64,000 nucleotides of DNA. Source: an uncultured Planctomycetota bacterium. GTDB lineage: Bacteria; Planctomycetota; PLA2; JAEUHO01. The stretch lies in assembly GCA_963752285.1 (NCBI GenBank), contig CAVVXN010000005.1:256001-320000 (forward strand), in the 5' to 3' direction. This document shows, in pieces, positions 32,001 through 41,501 of the stretch; the first letter of the stretch is position 1; every line of letters starts with the position of its first letter. The notes under the pieces are model-generated. The model was given only the letters and a program-made list of their open reading frames with translations, was not told where the DNA came from and made no database searches. A program made the position numbers and the translations under genes.

Positions 32001-32303
32001 CGCGCGGGCCACGACGTCGATCGTCGCGGGGATCCGCTCGGGCCGGGCGGCGGCCTCCTCGCGCCGGCGGCGCCTCGCGGTGGTGCGCCAGAGCCCGCGC
32101 GCGGCGTTTCGCGCGACGTGGGCGAGCCAGGCGGGCAGCGCCCGAGCGTCCCTCGGCGGGCGTTCGAGGGCGCGCCGCCACGTCTCCTGGACGACGTCGT
32201 CGGCGTCGGCTTCGTCCTCGACGAGCCGGAGCGCGAGCCGGCGGAGCCAGCCCTCGTGCCGGAGGAGCGAGGCGGGATCGGGCGGGGTGGGGGAGGCGCC
32301 CAT
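29055..32303 (-). CDS. ECF sigma factor fused to a TM helix and carboxypeptidase-regulatory-like beta-sandwich repeats
   Basis: ADDVVQETW, AWLAHVARN, LSLREIA...VPEATVRSRLKRG; TM GGAVLVLLLLGGLVVV; repeated GRVVDADGQPIAG / GSVRETDGSPIA / GRVLERTGAPIP units. Confidence 0.88.
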   Translation of the reverse strand: MGASPTPPDPASLLRHEGWLRRLALRLVEDEADADDVVQETWRRALERPPRDARALPAWLAHVARNAARGLWRTTARRRRREEAAARPERIPATIDVVARAETQRRLVDAVLALDEPFRTTVLLRYVDELSLREIADRHGVPEATVRSRLKRGLDRLRERFDAESHGDRGRWALALLSFARPGAPTLAAPTTVAGGVAIVSSTTKTIGGAVLVLLLLGGLVVVGSTTLPRAKDPTAVAVLPPEPPPAAAAPAPEPAPNAPRAEEPPAPRLRGRATEPVAAPASPAAPPADTARPYAAGRVVDADGQPIAGVRVAHFQNPRHLLLHGQKVVTVFDTPHGVLHAEEEPALALAITAEDGTFTVHETPKECDALAFLKPGWAVAKVQVMRPDLVVVLHPAWRLEGSVRETDGSPIAKALVVAMETAHLDDRVPTCTTTDAQGHYVFGSLDDVPVRVFVSVRQYAEGDPGVPDGTPDHVLSPPTSRCDFVLHRMGLVVDVVDAVTHEPVAARGVVTDPKDGSLVELLSREAWGMPSRAWNSLFPAPLGRLFAEYPPRRQGVIVNDRVDLRVFAPGYEPATQALNVRRGGEPPRVEVRLTRGTAEPSLAGRVLDGPGAHVEVRGLERPEERAMEPDDRTDHEVTGTTAASDGRFMVAGLPPGPYRLVVRLPGKATASLEVVAPRDDLQIRLEEPASLEIRTVTPAGEAAPDAWVTLDVRTTREQWEARTDGEGRARFEGLPLGNVGIVGARVSRGESGGLWHWKGTKDVDLAAGTTTSVEIVVPERVPTTVRVLDANGDPRQGLRMHLVWGHPFCRFDGSIEEWKRIGALELTTDEEGSVHQDLYPGTYWAHVEGLSSGPLERKFEVGLRPEPPVEVRAPAGTAVLSGRVLERTGAPIPERLVRVMTTEAPFTIVGQALTSASGAYEIRGLPAGRFRVGLLLESDSKGVLEIRQDEDGRAVPESPFPAGEAEVELRDGEKRSLGALAPRVRGEDAMPTSVEVAVRVVDPDAGRPVADAHVRVLARIGDVWFHVGEATSDGAGTATTEVVAATRYRLDVRAPDGRSAKTVEAAPRGGRVALDLEVGVR

Positions 32304-32384
32304 CGACCGCCTACAGGATGCCGCGAACCCGCATCCTGTTCCCAGGTCCCGCTCGGCGACCTCCCCAGAGCGCGGCGCGGCCGC

Positions 32385-32795
32385 TCAGAAGGCGATGCCG
32401 TCCTTCCAGAGGGCGACCTCGATCTCGTACCCCGAGGGGTCGGAGACGTACCAGGAGGTCGAGTGCGGCCAGCGGACCGGCCCGCCATACTGGACCTCCA
32501 CGTTCTCGCGGTGGAGCGTGTCCTCCCACGCGGCCCGGTCGTCGATCCGGAGCCCGAAGTGGGCGACGCCGAGGAGCCCCTTCTCCGCGAGCCCGTCCCC
32601 GCCGTCGGGGGAGGCCCGCTCGGGATGCTCGTAGAGGCAGAGCAGGGCGCCCTCGCTCCGGACGATCGCCCAGGGCGCGCCGTCGTAGACGCCGTCCTCC
32701 ACCTTCTCGAACCCGAAGACGCGACCGTACCAGTCGAGGCTCTCCGCGAGATCTCGAACCGACATGTTCAGGTGGTCCAGGGCCACGGCCTTCAT
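32385..32795 (-). CDS. VOC/glyoxalase family protein
   Basis: LDHLNMSVRDL..S..WY..VFGF, HFGL, YVSDPSGYEIE. Confidence 0.9.
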   Translation of the reverse strand: MKAVALDHLNMSVRDLAESLDWYGRVFGFEKVEDGVYDGAPWAIVRSEGALLCLYEHPERASPDGGDGLAEKGLLGVAHFGLRIDDRAAWEDTLHRENVEVQYGGPVRWPHSTSWYVSDPSGYEIEVALWKDGIAF

Positions 32796-32903
32796 GGGAC
32801 CTCCAGATAAAGAAAGGATCTGCTTTCGATAGGAGAGCCCCGCGGCCTGGATTGGTCAAGCCCGGTATTTCGAAACCCCGGTGCCCGACGTACGATCCGG
32901 GAC

Positions 32904-33551
32904 ATGCGTCCCGCCCCCGATGCGCCGCCGGCCGAGAAGATCCTCTTCGACCTGAAGATCCAGGGCCCGAAGACCACGGCGGCGCTGGCCCGCCGCCTCG
33001 GCGTGACGTCGGTGGCCGTCCGCCAGCAGCTCGCCCGCCTCGAGGCCGACGGGCTCGTCGTGCGCGAGACGGAGGCCGGCCGCGTCGGACGCCCGCGGCA
33101 CGTGTGGGACCTCTCTCCCGCCGCCTCGGCCCGCTTCCCGGACGCGCACGCGGAGCTCGCCGTCGGCTTCCTCGAGTCGGTGCGGCGCTCGTTCGGCGAG
33201 GACGGTCTTCAGAAGCTCGTCGAGGACCGCCGCCGGGCGCAGCAGGAGGCCTATCGCCGCCGTGTCCCCGGCCCCGAGGCGCCGCTCGAGCGGCGCGTCG
33301 CCGCGCTCGCGAAGCTCCGTCGGGACGAGGGTTACATGGCCGTCTGGTCGCGCTCGAAGGACGGCACGTTCCTCCTCGCGGAGAACCACTGCCCGATCTG
33401 CAGCGCGGCCCGCGTGTGCGTCGGTCTCTGCGCGGCGGAGCTCCGGCTCTTCCGGGCCCTCCTCGGTCCGGGCGTCGCGGTCGAGCGCGAGGAGTACGTG
33501 CTCGACGGCGACCGCCGGTGCCTCTACCGCATTCGGGCGGACGCCGGCTGA
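32904..33551 (+). CDS. Winged-HTH transcriptional regulator (SufR-like)
   Basis: LARRLGVTSVAVRQQLARLE, GRPRHVW, ENHCPIC, LCAAEL, RC.Y. Confidence 0.88.
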   Translation: MRPAPDAPPAEKILFDLKIQGPKTTAALARRLGVTSVAVRQQLARLEADGLVVRETEAGRVGRPRHVWDLSPAASARFPDAHAELAVGFLESVRRSFGEDGLQKLVEDRRRAQQEAYRRRVPGPEAPLERRVAALAKLRRDEGYMAVWSRSKDGTFLLAENHCPICSAARVCVGLCAAELRLFRALLGPGVAVEREEYVLDGDRRCLYRIRADAG

Positions 33552-33561
33552 GGCCGCCGCG

Positions 33562-34866
33562 TCAGAGTCGCTCGAGCCATCGGCGCAGGAGGTCGATCGC
33601 CTCGATCGTCGGCGCGGCGTGTTCCGTGACCCACGCGTCGTCGAGCTTCGTCCCGTTCGCGGCCGCGGCGAGCGCCGCGCCCCCGTCGAAGTCCACGTAC
33701 GCGAGGCGCGCGGTGAGCTCGGAGCCGGGGCGTCCGAAGACGACGCCGGGAAGGATCGCCACGCCGGTGTCCGTCAGCAGGCGCTCCGCGAGACGTTCCG
33801 CCGCGTCGAGACCGCGCGCGGCCAGGCGGTCGCGATGGGCCTCGAAGTCGGGGAAGAGGTAGAAACCGCCCGCCGGCGCCGGACAACGCACGTCCGCCGC
33901 GGAGAGCCGGTGGTGCGTCGCGCGCCCGATCGCCGACAGGACCCGGCGTGAGCGCGCGAGGTAGTCGTCGATCTCGGCGCTCCCCACGAAGGCGGTGACC
34001 GCGGCGTACTGGATGGGCGCGCTCGTCGAGGTGAACGTCTCGCTCGCGGCGGACGCCATCGCGTCGAGGAGCCACCGAAGCCCGCTCGGGAACACGAAGG
34101 TGCCGAGGCGCCACCCCCCGGCCCCGCACCACTTGCTGAGCCCCGACGAGATGATCGTCCCCTCGGGGTAGAAACGCGCGATCGACACGTGCTGCCCGCG
34201 GTGGTGGAGCTCGCCGTAGATCTCGTCCGAGAGGAGCACGACGCGGTGCCGGCGGGCCACACGCGCGATCTGCTTCAGCTCGTCGAGCGTGAACGTCGCG
34301 CCCGTCGGGTTGCTCGGGTAGTTGAGCACCACGATCCGCGGACGATCTTGATCGACCCCGCAGATGGCCTCGAGGCCTTCGGCCGTGAGCATCCAGTCGT
34401 CCTCGCGCCGGGTGGGGACGAGCTGGACGGTGCGTCCGAGGATCCGCGCCTGCGGCGCGTAGGACACCCATGCCGGCGTCGGCACGACGAGGTCGCCGTA
34501 GTACACCAGCTGGAGCAGGAACATCAGCTCCTTGCTCCCGGGGCCGATCAGCACGTCCGCCCCGGCGCGGGCGACGCCGACGGCCCGCTCGGTGTACGCC
34601 GCCACCGCCTCGCGGAGGGCCGGAAGGCCCTGGACCGGCAGGTAGTCCTTCTCGTGCGCGTGGCGCCGGAGCGACTCCACCACCTGGTCGGGCACGGGGA
34701 AGGGCGACTGGCCGAGTCCGAGCTTGTGGACGGGCTTCCCCGCGGCCCGGAGCGCGTTCGAACGCTCGTTGATCGCGATCGTCGCCGAGTGGCCCATCCC
34801 GCGGACGTTCAAGTTGAGGATCTTGTCCGGGGGGAGCGGACTCCGCCGCGGGGCGCGCATGGTCAT
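33562..34866 (-). CDS. PLP-dependent aminotransferase class I/II
   Basis: GLGQSPFP, GLPALREA, GPGSKEL, NYPSNPTG, SDEIY, SGLSKWCGAGGWRLG. Confidence 0.93.
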   Translation of the reverse strand: MTMRAPRRSPLPPDKILNLNVRGMGHSATIAINERSNALRAAGKPVHKLGLGQSPFPVPDQVVESLRRHAHEKDYLPVQGLPALREAVAAYTERAVGVARAGADVLIGPGSKELMFLLQLVYYGDLVVPTPAWVSYAPQARILGRTVQLVPTRREDDWMLTAEGLEAICGVDQDRPRIVVLNYPSNPTGATFTLDELKQIARVARRHRVVLLSDEIYGELHHRGQHVSIARFYPEGTIISSGLSKWCGAGGWRLGTFVFPSGLRWLLDAMASAASETFTSTSAPIQYAAVTAFVGSAEIDDYLARSRRVLSAIGRATHHRLSAADVRCPAPAGGFYLFPDFEAHRDRLAARGLDAAERLAERLLTDTGVAILPGVVFGRPGSELTARLAYVDFDGGAALAAAANGTKLDDAWVTEHAAPTIEAIDLLRRWLERL

Positions 34867-34876
34867 GGGCCCGACC

Positions 34877-35815
34877 CTACACCCGTCCTGCCGATCGGGC
34901 CACGCCCCCGCCCGGCCCGTCGCTCCAGGCGTCCAGACGGACGCGGTCCGCAAGCCCGGCGCGCGCGCCCACCTGCGTGGCGACCCCCGCGGCGACCCAC
35001 GCCGCGAGCTCGAAGGTCCGCTCGACGTCCCACCCGCGGAGCCAGCCCTCGATCACCGCGGCGTGGAACGCGTCCCCGCAGCCGGTCGTGTCCACCACCT
35101 CGACGCGGCGCGCCGGGCGCTCGATCAGGCGTCCCCCCGCGAGCACGACGTAGCCGCGCTCGCCCAACGTGACCCCGGCCACCTCGGCGCCGTGCTCGGC
35201 GATCTTCCGGCACGCGCCCACCGGGTCGTCGCCGCCCACGAACGCGCGCGCGAAGGACGACGACGCGACGAACACGTGCGCGTGGTCGAGGAGCGCCCGG
35301 GTGCCGTCGCGGAGGGTCCCCGCGTCCACGACGACCCGCGGCGCGGCGCGCGCGAGGGAGAGGGAGGCGTCCTCGTAGAGCCCGTCCGACAGGAAGACCT
35401 TCGCACGGGGCCAGTGGACCTCGCGGGCGTTTGGCGGCGCGCCCGTCGGGCGCTGCCAGGCGATCTGCCGTCTCCCCGTCCGCTCGTCGATCGCGATCGA
35501 GGCCTCCTGCGAGCGCGTTCCCGGCCGGACGAGGAGCTGCGCGAGGTCCACGCCCTCCGCGCGAAGGTCCCGGGCGAGGATCCCACCCGCGTCGTCGTCG
35601 CCGACGACCCCCGCGAAGGCCGTCCGCCGTCCCCATCGGGCGAGGGCGACGAGCGCGCTCGCCACGGGGCCGCCGCTCGCCACCGCGAGCGACCTCCCCT
35701 CGAGCTTCTCGTCCTCGCCGAGGGCGTGGGGCACGAGGAGGAGCCGGTCGAGGGCGACCTGTCCGAGCCCGAACACCTCGGGCGCCGACGCGGGGGATCG
35801 TCCGGCCCGGCTCAC
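34877..35815 (-). CDS. PfkB-family carbohydrate kinase
   Basis: GGPVASALVALARWG, GVVGDD, VTLGERG, VVDTTGCGDAFHA; start approximate. Confidence 0.9.
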   Translation of the reverse strand: MSRAGRSPASAPEVFGLGQVALDRLLLVPHALGEDEKLEGRSLAVASGGPVASALVALARWGRRTAFAGVVGDDDAGGILARDLRAEGVDLAQLLVRPGTRSQEASIAIDERTGRRQIAWQRPTGAPPNAREVHWPRAKVFLSDGLYEDASLSLARAAPRVVVDAGTLRDGTRALLDHAHVFVASSSFARAFVGGDDPVGACRKIAEHGAEVAGVTLGERGYVVLAGGRLIERPARRVEVVDTTGCGDAFHAAVIEGWLRGWDVERTFELAAWVAAGVATQVGARAGLADRVRLDAWSDGPGGGVARSAGRV

Positions 35816-35861
35816 CCCTCCACCTTCGCACGCGCGGCCCCCGGGCGATACTCGTCCGGCC

Positions 35862-36626
35862 GTGCCCGACCGCCGACGCCACCGCGGACCGAGTCCCCTG
35901 GACGACGCGCTCTTCGCGCCGGACGCCCTCCCGCCGCTTCGCGCGGCGGCGCAAGACCTCGCGTGGCTCCTCACGCGGGGGTACGTCGTGCCGTCGGCCC
36001 TGAAGCTCGTGGGCGACCGGCACGGCCTCCGCGAACGGCAGCGCATGGCGGTGTACCGATCGACCTGCAGCGACCCGGAGCGCGCCGCGCGGCGCGCGCG
36101 CGAGGTCGATCCGCGCGACCTCGCCGGCGCCGACGTGTGGATCGACGGGCTGAACGTCCTGATCACCGTCGAGGCCGCGCTGGCCGGGGGCGCGCTCCTC
36201 CTCGGTCGCGACGGCTGTCTCCGCGACCTCGCGAGCCTCTCCGGGAGCTTCCACCGCGTCCTCGAGACCGACGCCGCGCTCGGCGCGATCGGCGCCTGGC
36301 TCGCGACCCGTGACGTGCGTCTCGCGCGATGGCTCCTCGACCGGCCCGTCTCGAACAGCGGACGGCTCGCGGCGCGCATGCGCGAGGTCGCGGCCGCGTC
36401 GGGGTTCCCCTGGGAGGTGGAGCTCGTTCCGAGCCCGGACGCGGCGCTCGCCGGCGCGCCGGTCGTCGTCGCGACGTCCGACCGCGCGGTGCTGGACCGC
36501 GCGGCCCGCTGGCTGAACCTCGCCCGACACGTCGTGGCGGCCACGGTCCCGGGCGCGAGGTGGATCTCGTTCGAGGACGGGCCGGCGAGTGGGGACGCAC
36601 GAGGACCGGCCGAGCAGGGCCAGTAG
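35862..36626 (+). CDS. DUF434-like protein
   Basis: RRHRG, WLLTRGY...LKLVGDRH.L..RQR, IDGLNVLITVE, DGCLRDLAS, LDRPVSNSGRL. Confidence 0.8.
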   Translation: MPDRRRHRGPSPLDDALFAPDALPPLRAAAQDLAWLLTRGYVVPSALKLVGDRHGLRERQRMAVYRSTCSDPERAARRAREVDPRDLAGADVWIDGLNVLITVEAALAGGALLLGRDGCLRDLASLSGSFHRVLETDAALGAIGAWLATRDVRLARWLLDRPVSNSGRLAARMREVAAASGFPWEVELVPSPDAALAGAPVVVATSDRAVLDRAARWLNLARHVVAATVPGARWISFEDGPASGDARGPAEQGQ

Positions 36627-36627
36627 C

Positions 36628-37176
36628 ATGGGCGGCGACAAGCCCGCGCGCCGCGAGGAGCCCGCCGTGACCCACCCGACCGACGACGCCCACGCCCACG
36701 AGCTCGCCGGCGAGCTCGGGCACGAGGACGGGATCCGACGCCAGCGCGCGCGGCATCACCTCGTCTTCCTCGGGTCCGCCTCCGTCCCCGCGCTCGTCAG
36801 GGCGCTCAGGAGCCCCGACCGCACGGTCCGGTGGGAGGCGGCGAAGGCCCTCGTCGGGCTTCGGGACCCGCGCGCGCTCGAGGCCCTCGGTCACGCCCTG
36901 GCCGACGAGGACGACGGCGTGTCCTGGCTCGCCGCGATGGCGCTGATCGAGCTCGGCCGCCCCGGGCTCGAGGCCGCCCTCCGCGCCGTGACGCAGCACC
37001 CGTCGTCCTACAACGTCGGCGTCGGGGCGCACCACGTGATGCACGAGCTCGGCAAGAAGGGCTACGCCGAGATCCTGGCGCCGGCCATGCGCGCGCTCGA
37101 GAGCATGGAGCGCGAGTCCGCGGCCCCCGGCGCCTGCGAGCGCGCGCTCGAGGCGCTCGAAGCCCTCGACGCGTAG
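36628..37176 (+). CDS. HEAT-repeat protein
   Basis: VPALVRALRSPDRTVRWEAAKAL, ALADEDDGVSWLAAMAL; alternative start GTG 36667. Confidence 0.8.
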   Translation: MGGDKPARREEPAVTHPTDDAHAHELAGELGHEDGIRRQRARHHLVFLGSASVPALVRALRSPDRTVRWEAAKALVGLRDPRALEALGHALADEDDGVSWLAAMALIELGRPGLEAALRAVTQHPSSYNVGVGAHHVMHELGKKGYAEILAPAMRALESMERESAAPGACERALEALEALDA

Positions 37177-37210
37177 TCGAGCTCGGGCCGTTGGCCCGCG
37201 TGGCGGGCGT

Positions 37211-37792
37211 TCAGGGGCGCGCGGGGAGGGGGCGGATCCGCTTCGCGAGGGCGAGGCAGGTCGCGAAGGCGGGATGCTCCTTCGTCCCGAGGAGCTCGTA
37301 CATCGCCGAGAGGACGCCCGTCGGCACGGCGCCGGCTCTCTCCATGCGCCGCAGCGCCGGGGCGATCTGCCAGGTCTGCCCGGCCGTGACCGCGTCCGTC
37401 GCCACGAACGCCGTGCGTCCGGACGCGGTGAGGTCGAGAACGGTCTGGAGTACGCACACGTGCGCCTCGATCCCGCACACGAGGACCTCGGACCGCCGCC
37501 ACGCGCCGAGGGCGTCCTCCACCTCGGGGACGAGCGCGCTGAAGCGGCTCTTGGTCACGCGGCGCACCGAGGGCCCCAGGCGGCGCGCGATCGAGCCGAC
37601 CGTCGGCCCGAGACCGCGCGGGTACTGTTCGGTGACGATCGCCGGGAGGCCGAGCGCCTCCGCCATCTCCACCAGGACGAGGACGTTCTCCACGAGCGCC
37701 TCCGCCGACGCGAGGGTCGGCATCAGGCGCTCCTGCACGTCCACGACGAGGAGAGCGGTGTCGTGCTCGTCGAGTCGGGGGATCGCGGGCAT
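37211..37792 (-). CDS. Isochorismatase-family hydrolase
   Basis: LLVVDVQERL, TEQYPRGLGPT, KSRFS, GIEAHVCVLQT. Confidence 0.92.
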   Translation of the reverse strand: MPAIPRLDEHDTALLVVDVQERLMPTLASAEALVENVLVLVEMAEALGLPAIVTEQYPRGLGPTVGSIARRLGPSVRRVTKSRFSALVPEVEDALGAWRRSEVLVCGIEAHVCVLQTVLDLTASGRTAFVATDAVTAGQTWQIAPALRRMERAGAVPTGVLSAMYELLGTKEHPAFATCLALAKRIRPLPARP

Positions 37793-37898
37793 CGCGGAAG
37801 CCTACCGGCGCGCCGGGGCGCCTGCCGCGCCCGCGCGCGTGGCGAGGAAGTCCGGCCTCGGTGGGGCGCATCGGCGGTCCCTCCCGTAGGATGGGCGG

Positions 37899-38606
37899 AT
37901 GCGCGTCGCGCTCTTCGTGCCGTGCTTCGTGAACCTGCTCTCGCCCGAGGTCGGGCTGCGCACCGCGCGGCTGCTCGAGCGTCTCGGGCACGAGGTGGTC
38001 GCGCCCGCGGGTCAGACCTGCTGCGGGCAACCGGCGCTCAACTCCGGGCGGCTCTCCGAGGCGCGGCTCGTCGCGTCGCGGCAGCTCGACGTCCTCGCCC
38101 GGGCCGAGGCCGAAGCGGTCGTGGCCCCCTCCGGTTCGTGCGTCGCGGCGATCACGAGGCTGGCGCGCCACCACCTGGGCCTCGACCACCCGTTGATGGC
38201 CCGGACGTACGAGCTCTCCTCGTTCCTCGTGGACGTCCTCGGGGTGGAGGACGTGGGGGCCCGCTTCGACGGGAAGGTCGCCTGGCACGACGGATGCCAC
38301 GCGCTCCGGCTCCTCGGGGTCCGCGAGGCGCCCCGCCGGCTCCTCGATCGTGTCCGGGGCCTCGAGCTCGTCGAGCTCGATCCCGCCGAGGAATGCTGTG
38401 GCTTCGGCGGCACGTTCTCCGTGAAGCTCCCCGAGGTCTCCGTTGGCATGGGCACCCGCAAGGCGCTCGCGATCGAGGCGACCGGGGCCGACGTGGTCGC
38501 CTCGGCGGAGCCGTCCTGCCTCCTCCAGATCGAGGGCGTGTTGAAGCGGCGGGGGAGCCGCGTGCGCGCGGTCCACCTCGTGGACCTCCTCGAGGGGTCC
38601 CGGTGA
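37899..38606 (+). CDS. lutA: Lactate utilization protein A (CCG Fe-S domains)
   Basis: QTCCGQPA.NSG, PSGSC, HDGCH, ECCGFGGTFSVK. Confidence 0.88.
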   Translation: MRVALFVPCFVNLLSPEVGLRTARLLERLGHEVVAPAGQTCCGQPALNSGRLSEARLVASRQLDVLARAEAEAVVAPSGSCVAAITRLARHHLGLDHPLMARTYELSSFLVDVLGVEDVGARFDGKVAWHDGCHALRLLGVREAPRRLLDRVRGLELVELDPAEECCGFGGTFSVKLPEVSVGMGTRKALAIEATGADVVASAEPSCLLQIEGVLKRRGSRVRAVHLVDLLEGSR

Positions 38607-39985
38607 AGGGGCCGCTCGCCGACGCCTCGCGCCGCGCCGCCTCCGACGCCGTGCTCGGAAGGAACGTGCTCCGGGCCACGAACGCGTCGCTCGCGCACCG
38701 CGCCACGGCCGTCGCGGAGCGCCCCGACTGGGACCAGCTCCGGGACCGTGCGGCCCGCCTCAAGGACCATGCGCTCACGAACCTCGACGTGCTCCTCGAC
38801 CGCTTCGTCACGGAGGCGACGCGCCGCGGGGCGATCGTCCACTTGGAGACCGACGCCGAGGCCGCGCGTCGGCGGATCGTCGGGATCGTCCGCGACGCGG
38901 GCGGCCGGCACGTCTTGAAGTCCAAGTCGATGACGACGGAGGAGATCGACCTCAACCCCGCGCTCGAGGCCGCGGGTGCGGTGCCCCTCGAAACGGACCT
39001 CGGCGAGTTCATCGTCCAGCTCGCGGGGGAGCCGCCGTCGCACATCACCGCGCCGGCGCTCCACCGCTCGGCGGAGGAGATCCTCGACCTCTTCCGGAAG
39101 CACGGGGTTCTCGAGGGGGCGGGCGAACCGCCGGCCGAGCGAAAGGACCTGCCCACGTGGCTCAGCCTCGCGGCGCGCGCGCACCTTCGCGCGCGCCTCC
39201 TCGCGGCCGACGTCGGCGTCACCGGCGCGAACGCCCTGGTGGCCGACACGGGGACCGTCGTGCTGCTCGAGAACGAGGGCAACATCCGATACACCTTGCT
39301 CTCGCCGAGGGTGCAGATCGCCGTGGCCGGAATCGAGAAGCTCGTCCCGCGCCTCGAGGACCTCGCGACGATCCTCCCCCTCCTCACGCGGTCGGCGACG
39401 GGCCAGCGGATGACGACGTACGTCTCGATGCTCTCGGGGCCGGTGTCGGGCGCGCTCCACGTCGTGCTGATCGACAACGGGCGGACGCGCATGCTGGGGA
39501 ACGACGCCGAGCGCGAGATCCTGCGCTGCATCCGCTGCGGCGCGTGCATGAACGTGTGCCCCGTGTACCGGACGATCGGCGGACACGCGTACGGCGCGCC
39601 GTACCCGGGGCCGATCGGCGCGGTCCTCGTGCCGACCCTGCGCGGCCGGGACGACGACCAGGACCTTCCCTGGGCGTCCTCGCTCTGCGGCGCGTGCGCC
39701 GACGTGTGCCCCGTGAAGATCGACCTTCCCGCGCATCTCGTCCGCCTCCGGGCGCGCGCGGTCGCTCGGGGGCGGGCCGGCGGGCTCGAGTCCGCTGGCT
39801 GGCGGGTATGGCGGTACCTCGTCGGCGACCCGCGCCGACTCGAGGCCCTCGCGCGGCTCGCGCGACCGTTCCAGGGCCTCCTCTCCCGTGGCGGGCCGCT
39901 CGGGGTGTGGCGGCGCGGGCGCGCGGTCCCCCGCCTCGCCCGCCGCTCGTTCTTCGCGCGCTGGAGACGCGATGGACGTTCGTGA
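38603..39985 (+). CDS. lutB: Lactate utilization protein B (Fe-S)
   Basis: KSKSMTTEEI, ETDLGEFIVQL, PSHITAPALH, ENEGN, CIRCGACMNVCPVY, SSLCGACADVCPVKI. Confidence 0.92.
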   Translation: MKGPLADASRRAASDAVLGRNVLRATNASLAHRATAVAERPDWDQLRDRAARLKDHALTNLDVLLDRFVTEATRRGAIVHLETDAEAARRRIVGIVRDAGGRHVLKSKSMTTEEIDLNPALEAAGAVPLETDLGEFIVQLAGEPPSHITAPALHRSAEEILDLFRKHGVLEGAGEPPAERKDLPTWLSLAARAHLRARLLAADVGVTGANALVADTGTVVLLENEGNIRYTLLSPRVQIAVAGIEKLVPRLEDLATILPLLTRSATGQRMTTYVSMLSGPVSGALHVVLIDNGRTRMLGNDAEREILRCIRCGACMNVCPVYRTIGGHAYGAPYPGPIGAVLVPTLRGRDDDQDLPWASSLCGACADVCPVKIDLPAHLVRLRARAVARGRAGGLESAGWRVWRYLVGDPRRLEALARLARPFQGLLSRGGPLGVWRRGRAVPRLARRSFFARWRRDGRS

Positions 39986-40535
39986 CCGGATCGGCCGCGC
40001 GCTCCTCGGCGTCGAGCGTGTGCCTTGCCCGCCCGGCCCGCCCCCGAGCGGCGCCGACGTGGGCGAGGACCTCGGCGCGGCTTTCGACGCGGCGCTTGGC
40101 CGCGCCGGGGGCGAGGTGTTCGTGGTCCCCGACCTCGAGCACGCGCGGTCCCTCGTCCGGGAGCGCGCGCAGGGCCGCACGGTCGCGTGGGCGGACGACG
40201 CGCCCGGCGAGGACGTGCTCCGTCAGGCCGAGATCGGCGTGGACGTCGCGGACCTGCTCGTCGCGGAGACGGGTACCGTGGTGAGGACGTTCGCGTCGCC
40301 CGAGGCGGCGCGCGTCACGCTCGTCCCACCCGTCGCCGTCTTCCTCGCGAGCGACGACGCGCTCGTCCGCGACCTCCCGGAAGCCCTCCGGCGCGTCGCC
40401 GCGCGTCACGAGAGCGGACGGGCCGCGACCGTCTTCGTGACGGGGCCCAGCCGGACGGCCGACATCGAGAAGCAGCTCGTGATCCCCGCCCACGGACCGC
40501 GCGCGCTCCTCGTGATCCGCGTCGGCGCGCTCTGA
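39972..40535 (+). CDS. lutC: Lactate utilization protein C (LUD domain)
   Basis: VAETGT, TGPSRTADIEKQLV..AHGP; operon position. Confidence 0.85.
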   Translation: MDVRDRIGRALLGVERVPCPPGPPPSGADVGEDLGAAFDAALGRAGGEVFVVPDLEHARSLVRERAQGRTVAWADDAPGEDVLRQAEIGVDVADLLVAETGTVVRTFASPEAARVTLVPPVAVFLASDDALVRDLPEALRRVAARHESGRAATVFVTGPSRTADIEKQLVIPAHGPRALLVIRVGAL

Positions 40536-41371
40536 TGCCCGAGCTCCCCGAGGTCGAGCACGGGCGCCGCCTCGCCCAGGCCGTCGCGGTGGGGCGGCGG
40601 ATCGTGGCGGTCCGCGCGGCGCGCGACCCGATCGTCTTCGAACGTGCGGCGCCGAGGCGCATCGAGGCCACCCTCGAGGGCCGAAGGGTTTGCGCCGCGC
40701 GGCGCCACGGGAAGCACCTGTGGCTCGAGCTCGACCGCCGGCCCTGGCCCGTCTTCCACTTCGGCATGACCGGTGCCCTTCGCGCGCCCGCGCGCCCTCG
40801 CCTCCGGCTCCGGAGTCACGGAGCGAGGCCCGACGACGGTTGGCCGCCGCGATTCGTGAAGCTCTCGCTCTCGTTCGACGACGGCGGCGAGCTCGCCTTC
40901 ACCAACGCGAGACGCCTCGGCCGCGTGCGACTCCGCGACGACCCGCCGCGCGAACCGCCGATCGTCGGTCTCGGCTTCGACCCGTTGACCGACCTCCCCA
41001 ACGGCGTGCGCTTCGCGTCGCTGCTCCTCCGCCGGCGCGGGTCGCTCAAGAGCGTCCTCCTCGACCAGTCGTTCGCGGCCGGCGTCGGAAACTGGATCGC
41101 GGACGAGACTTTGTACCAAGCGCGCCTCGACCCGCGACGCCGCGCGACGTCCCTCACGCGGGACGAGATCCTCCGATTGCGTCGCGCGCTCGGCCGGATC
41201 GTCGCGACCGCCGTGCGCGCAGACGCGGAGAAGGCGCGATTCCCCAGGACCTGGCTGTTTCATCGCCGCTGGGGCGGTCCCGAGGGCACGCATACCGTGC
41301 GCGGCGAGCCGATCGAACGATTGACCCTGGCCGGTCGCACGACGGCGTGGGTGCCGTCGGTACAGCGCTGA
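40535..41371 (+). CDS. Fpg/Nei family DNA glycosylase (no C-terminal Cys4 zinc finger)
   Basis: [49 protein letters not shown]. Confidence 0.92.
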   Translation: MPELPEVEHGRRLAQAVAVGRRIVAVRAARDPIVFERAAPRRIEATLEGRRVCAARRHGKHLWLELDRRPWPVFHFGMTGALRAPARPRLRLRSHGARPDDGWPPRFVKLSLSFDDGGELAFTNARRLGRVRLRDDPPREPPIVGLGFDPLTDLPNGVRFASLLLRRRGSLKSVLLDQSFAAGVGNWIADETLYQARLDPRRRATSLTRDEILRLRRALGRIVATAVRADAEKARFPRTWLFHRRWGGPEGTHTVRGEPIERLTLAGRTTAWVPSVQR

Positions 41372-41501
41372 TCGCGCGGAGCGTCGTCGCGACCGCATTG
41401 CGCGCTCGCTCCCGCCTACGTCCTCCAACTTGCGGCGGGTACGATCCGCTCGTCGTCGAGGATCGGCTCCCCTCGGACCCCGATCCGACGGAGGAGGGCC
41501 C

